A stretch of 64,000 bases of DNA from Limisphaerales bacterium (GCA_965283725.1 CBDIPT010000001.1:719730-783729); one strand, 5' to 3'; shown: positions 29,167 through 38,457, counted from the first letter of the stretch. A program made the numbers and translations. The notes: generated from the sequence alone by a model not told the origin.

Positions 29167-30330
29167 ATGCCATCAACAGCCACACGTCTGGCCGGTTTCA
29201 CGGAGTCCGTCATTCGCGGAATGACGCGGCTGGCGAACCGTCATGGTTCCATCAATCTTGCCCAGGGCTTCCCTGATTTCGAACCGCCCGCCGAATTGCT
29301 CGCGGCACTGAAACGCGCGGCAGATGGCCCGTATCATCAATATGCCGTGACGTGGGGCGCACCACGCTTTCGGGAGGCGTTGGCGAAGAAGATCCGGCAC
29401 TTCAGCGGGTTGCCTATCGAGGCGGACAAGCATCTAGTCGTCACTTGTGGCAGCACGGAAGCGATGATGGTGGCCATGATGACCGCGTGTAATCCCGGCG
29501 ACAAAGTCATCGTGTTCTCTCCCTTCTACGAGAACTACGCCGCCGATGCGATTCTCTGCGGCGCCACGCCTATCTACGTGCCATTGCGTCCACCGCAATT
29601 TGATTACACCAAAGAAGAACTGGTCGCCGCCTTCGCACAGAAGCCGAAAGCCATCATCCTGTGCAATCCATCGAACCCCTGCGGCAAGGTGTTCACGCGC
29701 GCGGAGCTTTTGGAGATCGCCGCACTCGCTCAAGAACATGACGTGTTCGTCATCGCGGATGAAGTGTATGGACACATCGTCTATCCGCCGTATGAACACA
29801 TCAGCGTGGCGACGTTGCCCGGCATGTTCGAACGGACCATCACTTGCAACTCACTTTCCAAAACGTATTCCATCACCGGCTGGCGTTTGGGCTATGTGCA
29901 GGCCGCGCCGGAAGTGATCGCGCAGGCACGCAAGGTGCATGACTTCCTCACCGTCGGTGCTGCGGCTCCGTTGCAAGAGGCGGCGGTCACAGGCTTGGAA
30001 TTTCCGCCTGAGTATTACGCTGATCTGCAACAGAGCTACCTCAAGAAGAAGGAAGTCTTCCTCAGCTACCTCGCACAAACCGGTCTGCCTTACTCCGACC
30101 CGCAAGGTGCCTATTACGTGCTGATGGATATTTCGTCGCTCGGGTTCGCTAATGACACCCAAGCGGCCGAATGGTTAACCACGGAGATCGGGGTGACCGG
30201 CGTGCCCGGCTCCAGCTTCTTCCGCGAACCCGTGAACCATCTCATCCGGTTCCACTTTGCGAAGAAAGAGGAAACACTGCGGGCGGCAGGGGAGCGGTTG
30301 TTGCAATTAAGGACGAAAAGGCCGCAATGA
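29167..30330 (+). CDS. Class I/II PLP-dependent aminotransferase (methionine/kynurenine-oxoglutarate aminotransferase-like)
   Basis: INLAQGFPDF, CNPSNPCGKVF and the PLP-lysine context NSLSKTYSITGWRLGY are present. Confidence 0.85.
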   Translation: MPSTATRLAGFTESVIRGMTRLANRHGSINLAQGFPDFEPPAELLAALKRAADGPYHQYAVTWGAPRFREALAKKIRHFSGLPIEADKHLVVTCGSTEAMMVAMMTACNPGDKVIVFSPFYENYAADAILCGATPIYVPLRPPQFDYTKEELVAAFAQKPKAIILCNPSNPCGKVFTRAELLEIAALAQEHDVFVIADEVYGHIVYPPYEHISVATLPGMFERTITCNSLSKTYSITGWRLGYVQAAPEVIAQARKVHDFLTVGAAAPLQEAAVTGLEFPPEYYADLQQSYLKKKEVFLSYLAQTGLPYSDPQGAYYVLMDISSLGFANDTQAAEWLTTEIGVTGVPGSSFFREPVNHLIRFHFAKKEETLRAAGERLLQLRTKRPQ

Positions 30331-30355
30331 CAATTAGGACTTTTTGAAAAGCAAA

Positions 30356-30379
30356 GGGCCGGTCCGACTGGACCGGCCC
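30356..30379. terminator. GC-rich hairpin between convergent genes (bidirectional terminator candidate)
   Basis: GGGCCGGTCC-gact-GGACCGGCCC forms a perfect 10-bp stem. Confidence 0.5.
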
Positions 30380-30404
30380 CTTCTGTTTAGATTCACCTGA
30401 CGGC

Positions 30405-31799
30405 TTACTTCTTCGCGGCGTAGTACGCGTCCACCTTGTTGGCCACGTCTTTGTAGCCGATGTCCACTTCGTAGATCACCTTGTATTGTTCGATAGATTC
30501 TTCGGGCTTGCCCATCTTCTCGTAGAGGCCGGCCAGGGTGTAGATCATGTCTTTCTTCTCGTCATCCATCGCCAATTTTTCCTTCAGCGCTTCCTGGAAG
30601 CGAGCCACGGCGAAGTCGTTCTTGCCGGTGGCCATGAAGATCTTGGCCATGTGGATGGTGGAGGCGATCTTACGGCTGCCGTGGTTGCGGGTCTTCTGGA
30701 ACTCGACGAGCGCTTCGTTGTAGCGGGCGAGCTTGTAGAGCATCACCGCGTAATCGTAACGGATCAGCAGATCGTTCGGATACTTCTCCACGCGCCGTTT
30801 GACGTCCTCGATCTGGAATTCCGCCTTCTGACGTTCGATCTCCGCACGTTGCTGATCGTAGTCCGGTGAGTTCTTGTCGAGGTTGATGATGTCCTGGTCG
30901 AACTTCTTGGCTTTCAGCTCGGCGACGGTCTTTTCCATGCCGGCATCCGAGACGCCGCACTCCATCAACATGCCGTAATACTTCAGCGCTTTGTCGTAAT
31001 TCTTTGTCTGGGTATAAAAGTCCGCCACGACTTTCGCCTGTTGGAAATTGGAAGGGTCTTCGCGCAGCTTGTCGACGGCTTCGTCGAGCAGCTTCATGGT
31101 ATGCTCGATGGAACGTACCTGTTTGGATTCCTGTTCGAGCGCCACCGCCTCCTCTTTGTTCTTCAGGATGTCGCGATAGGATCCCTTGCCATCCGCCAGA
31201 CCATCATAACCGCCTTCCTTCATCGTGCGCTTGGCCGACAAATTCTTCAGCAGGTTGGTGATCTCGGTATCGTTCGGGGCTTTATTCTGCAAGTCGATGT
31301 AAACCGACTCGGCCTTGGCCAGTTGGCCGGAGGCGATGTAAGCATTGGCGAGCAGCAGGGCGGCGGCCCGATCCTCGGGGTTGTTCTTACGGTTATGCTC
31401 CAGTGAGAAGACGGCAGTCTTGGGCAGGTCCGCATTCAGTGCGGCCTCTGCCAAAGTCCTGTGCGCCATACTGTTATTGGGATCGCTATTGAGGATCTGT
31501 TCGCAGGTATAAATGGCCTCCAGCGGATTCTTGGTCTTGGAGAGGTTGGCCTTGGCGATGAGCGGGGAGCTGCCGGCGGTGCCGACAATCTTCTTGAAGA
31601 AGCTCGTATTACGACTGGCCTTGGTCAGTTGCGCCGCGCGCAGTTCCTGACGGCATTCGAAAAAGCCGGGTTCTTTCTGCAAGGCCTGATTATAAAACAG
31701 CAGCGCGTAGTCCCAGTTTTCCTTCTGCGCGGCCGCTTTCCCTTTTTCCATCAAGTCCCTAACGTCACGAGGGATCTCTGCTGTACTCTTCTCTGGCAT
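30405..31799 (-). CDS. TPR-repeat protein
   Basis: It contains multiple 34-aa A/Y/L-patterned repeats (for example ALLFYNQALQKEP and LANAYIASGQLAKAESVY). The start is at ATG 31799 (MPEKST) or 31835. Confidence 0.7.
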   Translation of the reverse strand: MPEKSTAEIPRDVRDLMEKGKAAAQKENWDYALLFYNQALQKEPGFFECRQELRAAQLTKASRNTSFFKKIVGTAGSSPLIAKANLSKTKNPLEAIYTCEQILNSDPNNSMAHRTLAEAALNADLPKTAVFSLEHNRKNNPEDRAAALLLANAYIASGQLAKAESVYIDLQNKAPNDTEITNLLKNLSAKRTMKEGGYDGLADGKGSYRDILKNKEEAVALEQESKQVRSIEHTMKLLDEAVDKLREDPSNFQQAKVVADFYTQTKNYDKALKYYGMLMECGVSDAGMEKTVAELKAKKFDQDIINLDKNSPDYDQQRAEIERQKAEFQIEDVKRRVEKYPNDLLIRYDYAVMLYKLARYNEALVEFQKTRNHGSRKIASTIHMAKIFMATGKNDFAVARFQEALKEKLAMDDEKKDMIYTLAGLYEKMGKPEESIEQYKVIYEVDIGYKDVANKVDAYYAAKK

Positions 31800-31940
31800 G
31801 GAGTTAACTTTATTTCGTGGGCGGAAAAAATCCATAGGAAATCGATGCTTTCTTTGGAAAGGGTCCGAGAAAGAAGTGCTTACAGAAGTGAAAATCCGCT
31901 TGCACTCGGGGCGTTTCGCGGTTTCATTACTGCCTCGGTC

Positions 31941-32025
31941 GCGGTTATGGCGAAATTGGCAGACGCGCTACCTTGAGGTGGTAGTGGGGTAACCCGTGCA
32001 GGTTCAAGTCCTGCTAACCGCACCA
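31941..32025 (+). tRNA. tRNA-Leu (anticodon GAG), class II with a long variable arm and encoded CCA
   Basis: The cloverleaf was folded by hand. The acceptor stem is GCGGTTA/TAACCGC. The anticodon stem is CTACC/GGTAG with loop TTGAGGT. The T-arm is GCAGG-TTCAAGT-CCTGC. The discriminator is A, followed by CCA. Confidence 0.9.
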
Positions 32026-32544
32026 ATTCTTCCGAGTTCCAAGTTTCCTTAGGCCAAGTTTTTTAGGCCGAATCTTATCTTGGGGCTGGAACAGAGAAAC
32101 TGATGGTTCTGAGTCCTTTCCAATCCTGCTCGGTTGAGTTAGGGGTGTCGGGGAAGTAATTTTGAACTGTTTGCGGGAGAAGTGGTCACAAAGACAGAGA
32201 GAGACGGGCTGCAAACTCGTTTTCGTGCGGTTTGAGAGTGAATGAGGTTGCGTGGACAAGAAAAGGTTGGGTTTGGCGGTTTAGCCAAACTGATAAGCTA
32301 CGGGATAGCTGGTATCTTTAAGTTCTGATAAAAAACTAGTTGCAATTAAGGGATATTAGGTTTAGTTACACCAACGTTGCAGGTATTAACCGACCCCAAG
32401 CAGTGTGGTTTCTTAGTTTTCAATGTTCATTGGGGTTTCGGTTCTCCCTAGACGATTCAGCGTTCCGAGCGAACCTCATCTTTTGATTTGGACTTGGTCC
32501 CCCGTCAGGGAAGCACCCAATTTTTTACGACAACACAGTATTAT

Positions 32545-33675
32545 ATGAGCAAACCGGCAGTTACAGCGACGACCCCAGAGACGGGTTCTGGGTTCCTGGA
32601 AATATCAGAAAAAGGCTTTGGCTTCCTGCGTTCCCCAGAGAATCGTTACCAACCCAAACCGACGGATATTTTCGTCACGCCTGACACCATCAAACGTAAC
32701 TTCCTGCGGGAAGGCGCTTTGGTCGCCGGCCTGTTGCAGCCGCCGCATCGGGGCAACAGCCCGCAATTACGCGAAGTGCAGACGGTCAATGGCATGGCTT
32801 TCTCGGATTACACCAAGCTGGTGCGCTTCGAGAACCTGACCTCGATCGATCCGACCGAGAAGTTCATTTTGGAGACTGCGCCAGATATCTACGAAACCCG
32901 CATCATCGACCTCGTCACGCCCATCGGCAAAGGCACGCGCGGTCTCATCGTGGCCCCGCCGCGCACGGGTAAAACGACTATTCTCAAGCAGTTAGCCAAC
33001 GCGGTGACGACCAATCACCCGGAAGTGCACGTCATCGTGCTGCTCATCGATGAGCGCCCGGAAGAAGTCACCGATTTCCAACGTTCCGTGAAGGCCGAAG
33101 TGGTGGCCTCCTCGAACGACATGGATCTGGAAACGCACGTGCGTCTCTCCCGCTTCATGATCGAACGTTGCCGCCGCATGGTGGAATGCGGTCAGGACGT
33201 GCTCGTTCTGCTCGACTCCATCACCCGCGTGGCTCGCGCTTACAACAGTGTGCACGGTGGCAGCGGTCGCACGATGACCGGTGGTGTGGATGCCCGCGCG
33301 CTGGAAATCCCCCGCAAGATGTTCGCCGCTGCGCGTAACATCGAAGGTGGCGGTTCCCTCACGATTTTGGCCACGGCCCTGGTGGATACTGGCAGCCGTA
33401 TGGATGAACTGATTTTCCAGGAGTTCAAGGGCACGGGTAACATGGAACTCATCCTCGACCGCAAGCTGTCTGACCGCCGTCTGTATCCGGCCATCGACAT
33501 CCCGAAGTCGGGCACGCGCAAAGAAGAGAAGCTCTTCGCCGCGAAGAATGTGGAATCCATCCGCAAGCTGCGCCGTATGATGGTGGACTTGAACCCGGTC
33601 GAAGCGATGGAAACGTTGCTGGCTGCGCTCAAGAAGCACAAGACCAACGACGAGTTGCTCGCGAAGCTCGGCTGA
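32545..33675 (+). CDS. rho: Transcription termination factor Rho
   Basis: GFLEISEKGFGFLRSP (RNA-binding domain), the Walker A motif PPRTGKTT, LLIDERPEEV and LVDTGSRMDELIFQEFKGTGNMEL are canonical Rho. I preferred the ATG at 32545 over the TTG at 32488. Confidence 0.9.
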   Translation: MSKPAVTATTPETGSGFLEISEKGFGFLRSPENRYQPKPTDIFVTPDTIKRNFLREGALVAGLLQPPHRGNSPQLREVQTVNGMAFSDYTKLVRFENLTSIDPTEKFILETAPDIYETRIIDLVTPIGKGTRGLIVAPPRTGKTTILKQLANAVTTNHPEVHVIVLLIDERPEEVTDFQRSVKAEVVASSNDMDLETHVRLSRFMIERCRRMVECGQDVLVLLDSITRVARAYNSVHGGSGRTMTGGVDARALEIPRKMFAAARNIEGGGSLTILATALVDTGSRMDELIFQEFKGTGNMELILDRKLSDRRLYPAIDIPKSGTRKEEKLFAAKNVESIRKLRRMMVDLNPVEAMETLLAALKKHKTNDELLAKLG

Positions 33676-33694
33676 TAACATCCGGTTTTCTCGA

Positions 33695-33731
33695 ACGGCG
33701 TGACTGCTTGGGCAGTCACGCCGTTTTTTTA
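33695..33731 (+). terminator. Rho-independent terminator after rho
   Basis: AACGGCGTGACTGC-ttgg-GCAGTCACGCCGTT forms a 14-bp stem followed by TTTTT. Confidence 0.7.
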
Positions 33732-33795
33732 TGCCTTCCTTCCTTGGTGGTTGGAGCTTTAAAGATTCATTTCTTGCTTTGAAAAGCGCGCGGAC

Positions 33796-34851
33796 ATGCC
33801 GGATACTTCGCCCGGTTCACACAGGGTAAAAAGCATGGCCAAGAAATCCCAGAAGCCGGTCAAAGAAGAGCGGAATATGCCCGTAACGCGTCCGCCGTTT
33901 GAACGGATGATGCGCATCCATCAGGAATTGCAGTCGGGCAAGTATCCGAACGCCACCTCGCTAGCGCGTGAACTGGAGGTCAATCCCAAGAGCATCCACC
34001 GGGATATGGAATTCATGCGTGACCGTCTGGGCTTGCCGGTCGAGTATGATTCGGTCAAACGTGGCTATCACTATACGGAAGAGGTTGGAGCCTTTCCGAC
34101 CCTGCAGATCACGGAAGGAGAATTGTTCGCCCTCTTGGTGGCGGAAAAGGCCCTGCAACAATATCGCGGCACCAGTTTTGAGAAGCCTTTGTTGTCGGCC
34201 TTCAAAAAGATGGCTGCCTCTTTGCCAGACACCGTTTCGCTGAACCTGGCGGATTGGGAGCAGACGATCTCCTTTCGGACCACGGCGGAACCCATCTTGA
34301 ATTTGGAAGTTTTTGACCTGCTGGGGAAAGCAGCGGGAGCGTGCAAACAGCTTAGGTTGCAGTATCGCAAGCCCGGTCAGAAAGAGCCGGAAGAACGGAT
34401 TGTTGACCCGTATCATCTGGCGAACATCAACGGGGAGTGGTTTCTCTTCGCCTATGATCATCTGCGGAAAGATTTACGGACCTTCGCTCCGGCGCGGATT
34501 ATCAGCGCGGACCCGACCGGAAAGAAATTCACGCGTCCGGAGAAGTTCTCCTTGGAACGGCGCTTGCGGGATAGCTTCGGCGTTCACTCCGGCCAGAAGG
34601 AGTTTGCCGTGGTCATCCGCTTTGATGAATTTGCGGCGGATTACATCCGCGAGAAGCGCTGGCATCCTTCGCAGCAGCTCAAGGAACTCGAGGGCGGAGG
34701 TGCTGAACTGACGATGAAGCTCTCCAGTCTGATCGAAGTGCAGCGTTGGATTTTGGGTTGGGGCGGTCATGCCCAAGCCGTCGAGCCACCCGAACTGATC
34801 GAGGCGGTGAAGACGGCGGTGGCAGCGTTGGGCAAGAGCTTCGAGAAGTAG
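33796..34851 (+). CDS. HTH-WYL-WCX type transcriptional regulator (PafB/PafC-like architecture)
   Basis: An N-terminal winged HTH (RMMRIHQELQSGKYPNATSLARELEVNPKSIHRDMEFMRD) is followed by a WYL-like core (DPYHLANINGEWFLFAYD) and a C-terminal extension. The start is uncertain (33796, 33835 or 33877). Confidence 0.8.
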   Translation: MPDTSPGSHRVKSMAKKSQKPVKEERNMPVTRPPFERMMRIHQELQSGKYPNATSLARELEVNPKSIHRDMEFMRDRLGLPVEYDSVKRGYHYTEEVGAFPTLQITEGELFALLVAEKALQQYRGTSFEKPLLSAFKKMAASLPDTVSLNLADWEQTISFRTTAEPILNLEVFDLLGKAAGACKQLRLQYRKPGQKEPEERIVDPYHLANINGEWFLFAYDHLRKDLRTFAPARIISADPTGKKFTRPEKFSLERRLRDSFGVHSGQKEFAVVIRFDEFAADYIREKRWHPSQQLKELEGGGAELTMKLSSLIEVQRWILGWGGHAQAVEPPELIEAVKTAVAALGKSFEK

Positions 34852-34912
34852 ATGATGGAGAGTGTGTTGCTAGGCCAGTTGCGTTCCGTCCAAAAGAGAT
34901 TACTGTGCCTCT

Positions 34913-36628
34913 ATGGCTGGCCAAAAGAAGCAGTCAGGCGGTTCCTCGCAGCCGCCTAAACCGGAAGAAGCCGTTCCCGGCGAATCCGCGGTGCCTCCTA
35001 TTTCCGATATCCTAAGTCGCGAAGAGCTGGATTCTCTTTCCACCCTGCAGTTGGTCGATCTCATCGCCAGCAAGATGCCGCTGCGCAGCAGTGTTTTGCT
35101 GGATCTAGTTTATTTGCGCGACCGCATCACGGCCATCGAGGAGATGAATGATCAGGCGCGTGAGGTCATCGAGAAGCTGGATCAAGCGGTGGAGAAGCTT
35201 CGCTCGCCGGCATTTCGCGTGGGGACGTTTCTCGCACCGTTGGCGCAGGAGCAGGTGCACATCTGTCTTGGTGGTACGGATTACGTATGCAAGGTGGATC
35301 CGGCGATGCCCATCACGAGTTTGCAGATCGGCCAGCGTGTGTTGTGCAATGAAGCGTTCGTGGTGATCCGCAGTCTGGGTTTTGATCAACACGGGCCGAT
35401 CGTGCGGGTGGATGAGACGCTTTCCGATGGCCGCTTGCGCATCGGTCAGGAAACCGGCGCGATGCCGTTGGTGGTGCAACGCTCGGCGCTCTTGCAGAAG
35501 GAGAAGCTGAAATCCGGCATGGAAGTGCGGCTGGATGCGAATCAACGCGTGGCCCTCGAAGTCATCGGCCACGGCAAGCGAATTGACCGTACTTTGGATG
35601 TCGTAGGCGAGGTGCCATGGTCTTCCATCGGTGGACAAACCGAGGCGGTGAAATCTATTCGTGATGCCATCGAACTGCCGTTCCTGCATCGCGAACTCTA
35701 CAAACGGTTTGATCATCGCATCCCGAAAGGTTTCCTGCTGCATGGGCCGCCGGGTTGCGGCAAGACGCTCTTGGGTAAAGCGACGGCTTACAACCTGCGC
35801 CAGCAGTTGAAGCAGCAAACGGGTGTGGATCATCCGGAGTTCTTCCTGCACATCAAGGGGCCGGAGCTGCTCAACATGTGGGTGGGCGAATCCGAGCGGC
35901 AGGTACGTGATCTTTTCCAGCAATGTCGTGAGCGGGCGGCGGAAGGCTATCTCGCGTTTCTCTTCATGGATGAGGCGGAATCGCTTCTAGGTGTGCGGCA
36001 TGGCGGCCGGTTCAATTCCATGTCGAGCACGTTGGTGCCGATGTTCTGTGCAGAGATGGATGGCTTGGAAGCGCTGGCAAATGTTGTCGTCATCCTAGCG
36101 TCCAATCGGGCGGACTTGATTGATCCGGCGATTTTGCGACCGGGGCGCATCGACCGGAAAATCAAGGTGGCGCGGCCAGACAAAGAAGGAGCGCGGGCTA
36201 TTTATGAGATCTATTTACGCGATACCTTGCCATTGGCCGAACCGGGTGCGGAACTGGCCCGGCGCATGACGGAAGCGCATTTTGCGAAGACGGAGGAGAA
36301 CGCATTTCTTGAAGTGAATTACCGGAGTGGACGGAAAGAGACGTTCTATCGCGGCGATTTTGCGAGTGGTGCGATCATTGCAGCCGTGGTGGAGCGTGCG
36401 AAAGCCGGAGCCATACAGCGATCGATTACCAGTGGTAAGGAATCACCGATCACATATGAGGATTTGTTGGCGGCGTTGCGACAGGAGTATGCGGAGAGCA
36501 GCTTGTTCCCGTCGAATGACATGACGGAGGATTGGTTGAAGCTTACGGATCTGGACCCGGAGAACGTGGCGCGCTTGACGCCGATCCGGCCACGCAAGGC
36601 AATGGGGTATGCGTCACAAATCGTGTAG
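34913..36628 (+). CDS. Proteasome-associated AAA+ ATPase (ARC/Mpa-like)
   Basis: It has an N-terminal coiled coil (RDRITAIEEMNDQAREVIEKLDQAVEKL) and an OB-like region. The AAA module has Walker A (GPPGCGKT), Walker B (FLFMDEAES) and ILRPGRIDRKI. The C-terminal region parallels Mpa (GDFASGAIIAAVVERAK). Confidence 0.85.
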   Translation: MAGQKKQSGGSSQPPKPEEAVPGESAVPPISDILSREELDSLSTLQLVDLIASKMPLRSSVLLDLVYLRDRITAIEEMNDQAREVIEKLDQAVEKLRSPAFRVGTFLAPLAQEQVHICLGGTDYVCKVDPAMPITSLQIGQRVLCNEAFVVIRSLGFDQHGPIVRVDETLSDGRLRIGQETGAMPLVVQRSALLQKEKLKSGMEVRLDANQRVALEVIGHGKRIDRTLDVVGEVPWSSIGGQTEAVKSIRDAIELPFLHRELYKRFDHRIPKGFLLHGPPGCGKTLLGKATAYNLRQQLKQQTGVDHPEFFLHIKGPELLNMWVGESERQVRDLFQQCRERAAEGYLAFLFMDEAESLLGVRHGGRFNSMSSTLVPMFCAEMDGLEALANVVVILASNRADLIDPAILRPGRIDRKIKVARPDKEGARAIYEIYLRDTLPLAEPGAELARRMTEAHFAKTEENAFLEVNYRSGRKETFYRGDFASGAIIAAVVERAKAGAIQRSITSGKESPITYEDLLAALRQEYAESSLFPSNDMTEDWLKLTDLDPENVARLTPIRPRKAMGYASQIV

Positions 36629-36739
36629 CGCAGGTTGTCAACCTGCTGTGTCGCCGACTGGCAGTCGGCGTGGCGTTCGAATATTTAACGGTCTGCAGAC
36701 CACCGATCTGCGACACAGCAGACAGCCAGTCTGCGCTAC
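36625..36739. repeat. About 115-nt imperfect palindromic (REP/MITE-like) intergenic element overlapping the arc stop codon
   Basis: The termini GTAGCGCAG (36625-36633) and CTGCGCTAC (36731-36739) are reverse complements. Inner arms CTGCTGTGTCGC (36644-36655) and GCGACACAGCAG (36710-36721) also pair. A nested hairpin CGCCGACTG/CAGTCGGCG lies at 36652-36670. Confidence 0.6.
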
Positions 36740-36761
36740 AACGGACTGAGTTTTTAGGGAT

Positions 36762-38278
36762 ATGGATACGCTGCCAATTTTATTCGGGATTGAGACCGAG
36801 TATGGCATCGCGCGGGATGGCGCGGAGGATCTGGACGTGGTTCAGGAGTCCATCGATCTCGTACGCAGTGCGGCCAGCGCGGGCGTGAAGCAGCGCTGGG
36901 ATTATTCGGCAGAAGATCCGCATCTGGACATGCGCGGCTTTAGGGTGGTTGAGCTGCGGCAGGATTACGATGAAGCGAATTACACCCGGCAGGATGAAGA
37001 ACGCGAACTGAGTTTTCAGGAAATCAAAAGCGATCATGTGTTGCCGAACGGGGCGCGCTTCTACAATGACCACGCGCACCCCGGTACTGCACGCCGGAAT
37101 GTCGTTCGTTTGCGGACATCGTCCTGCAAGACCGCGCGGGAGAACGCATCGTAGAGGCCTGTGCGCAGAAGCTTTCTGAGCGGCGGGGCAGTAAAGTGCG
37201 GGTCTATAAGAACAACACGGACTTTTGGGGGCACAGCTATGGTTGCCATGAGAATTACCTGCTGCCGCGTTCATTAGCCTGGCAGACGTTGGCGGAAGGA
37301 ATGGAAGCGTTTCTCGTCACACGCCAGATCTACGCCGGGGCAGGGAAGTTTGGCATCGAAGCGGAAGACTCCTTTGAAGCGCCCGGATTTCAGATCGCGC
37401 AACGCAGTGACTTTTTCAGTGAGTTGCAGAGTGTGGACACGATGCAGCGGCGGCCCATCATCAATACCCGTGATGAGCCGCATGCGAATGCACGGCTCTA
37501 TCGCCGTTTTCACGTCATCATCGGCGATGCGAACATGTCGCCCTTTGCCACGCGCTTGAAAGTCGGAGTGACGGCACTCGTGCTGGAAGCCATGGTGCTG
37601 GATGCCAAGCGCGCGCATCCGCGTTTGAAGGAACCTTTAGTGGCGTTACCATCCATTTCACAGGATGCCAGCTACAAATGGGAAGTAGCGTTGATAAATC
37701 GCAAGCAGAGCACGGCCTTGGAGATACAACGGCATTACTTGGCGTGTGTGAAAGAAGTGTGTGATTTGAGTTCGGTTGAGCGGCAGGAATTGGTGGCGGA
37801 TTGGGAAACGGTGTTGAATGATCTGGCACTGGATTACCGGAAGTGCCGCGACCGACTTGATTGGGTGGCGAAGCTGATGCTCGTCAAAGAATTCCAAGCG
37901 GCGGAGAAAGTGGCGGACGATGATCCGTGGTTGCGCAGTTTGGACTTGGCTTACCATCTGGTAGATGAAGCGGAAGGGTTGCATGCTGGTCTGGAACACG
38001 CGGGCGTGATGCGTGGGGTGCCGGACGAAAAGGCCGTGATGGAGGCGGCGAACCAGCCGCCGAAGGATACGCGGGCATGGATTCGGGGCCGTTGCGTGGC
38101 GAAGTTCGCCGATGCTGTCATCTCTGCCCAATGGGACCATGTGACCCTGCGCGGCAAGCGGGGGCGGCTGCGCATTTCGTTGCTCGATTTATTCGCGCCG
38201 GAAGATATTTTGCGCTATGCTCAATGCATAGAGCGGGCGGTGACGCCTGATGACCTGCAAGCCATTGCGGAAACCTAG
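36762..38278 (+). pseudogene. dop: Pup deamidase/depupylase Dop-like (Pup-ligase/glutamine-synthetase-like fold), interrupted by a 1-nt frameshift
   Basis: The N-terminus is FGIETEYGI...NGARFYNDHAHP, after which the frame is lost at about 37083. The -1 frame continues with EYCTPECRSFADIVLQDRAGERIVE...VYKNNTDFWGHSYGCHENYLL and runs to the end at 38278. Restoring one base (CCC-GnG-TAC) gives the family motif HAHPEYCTPEC. Confidence 0.8.
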
Positions 38279-38282
38279 CTAT

Positions 38283-38456
38283 ATGCCTGATCAAACCCAA
38301 AAACAACGTCCGACCCCGCCTGCACCCGGCGGCGGTGGTGGCGAGGGGCCACGGGAACCCCAGGTGGAGAAGCCGAACACGGAAGACCTCCTGAAGCGGA
38401 TGCGCAAGGTCGATCCCGACCAGGCACGCCGCTACCGTCAACGCACCGGCCAATAA
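38283..38456 (+). CDS. pup: Pup/UBact-like small modifier (57 aa, C-terminal ...RQRTGQ)
   Basis: It is a small ORF exactly at the pup position between dop and prcB. It has a G-rich, disordered N-terminal half, a short helix-prone C-terminal half and a terminal Gly-Gln. The ATG at 38283 lies 5 nt after the dop stop, and the ORF ends 1 nt before prcB. Confidence 0.7.
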   Translation: MPDQTQKQRPTPPAPGGGGGEGPREPQVEKPNTEDLLKRMRKVDPDQARRYRQRTGQ

Positions 38457-38457
38457 C

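Noticed and set aside
32014-32259. 81-aa minus-strand ORF
   Set aside because: It overlaps the 3' end of tRNA-Leu, has no RBS or recognisable motif, and lies in an AT-richer non-coding stretch.
31941-32544. Integrated mobile element or prophage remnant at tRNA-Leu
   Set aside because: No integrase, transposase or direct repeat of the tRNA 3' end could be found by eye downstream. It is kept only as a low-weight possibility inside the rho-leader finding.
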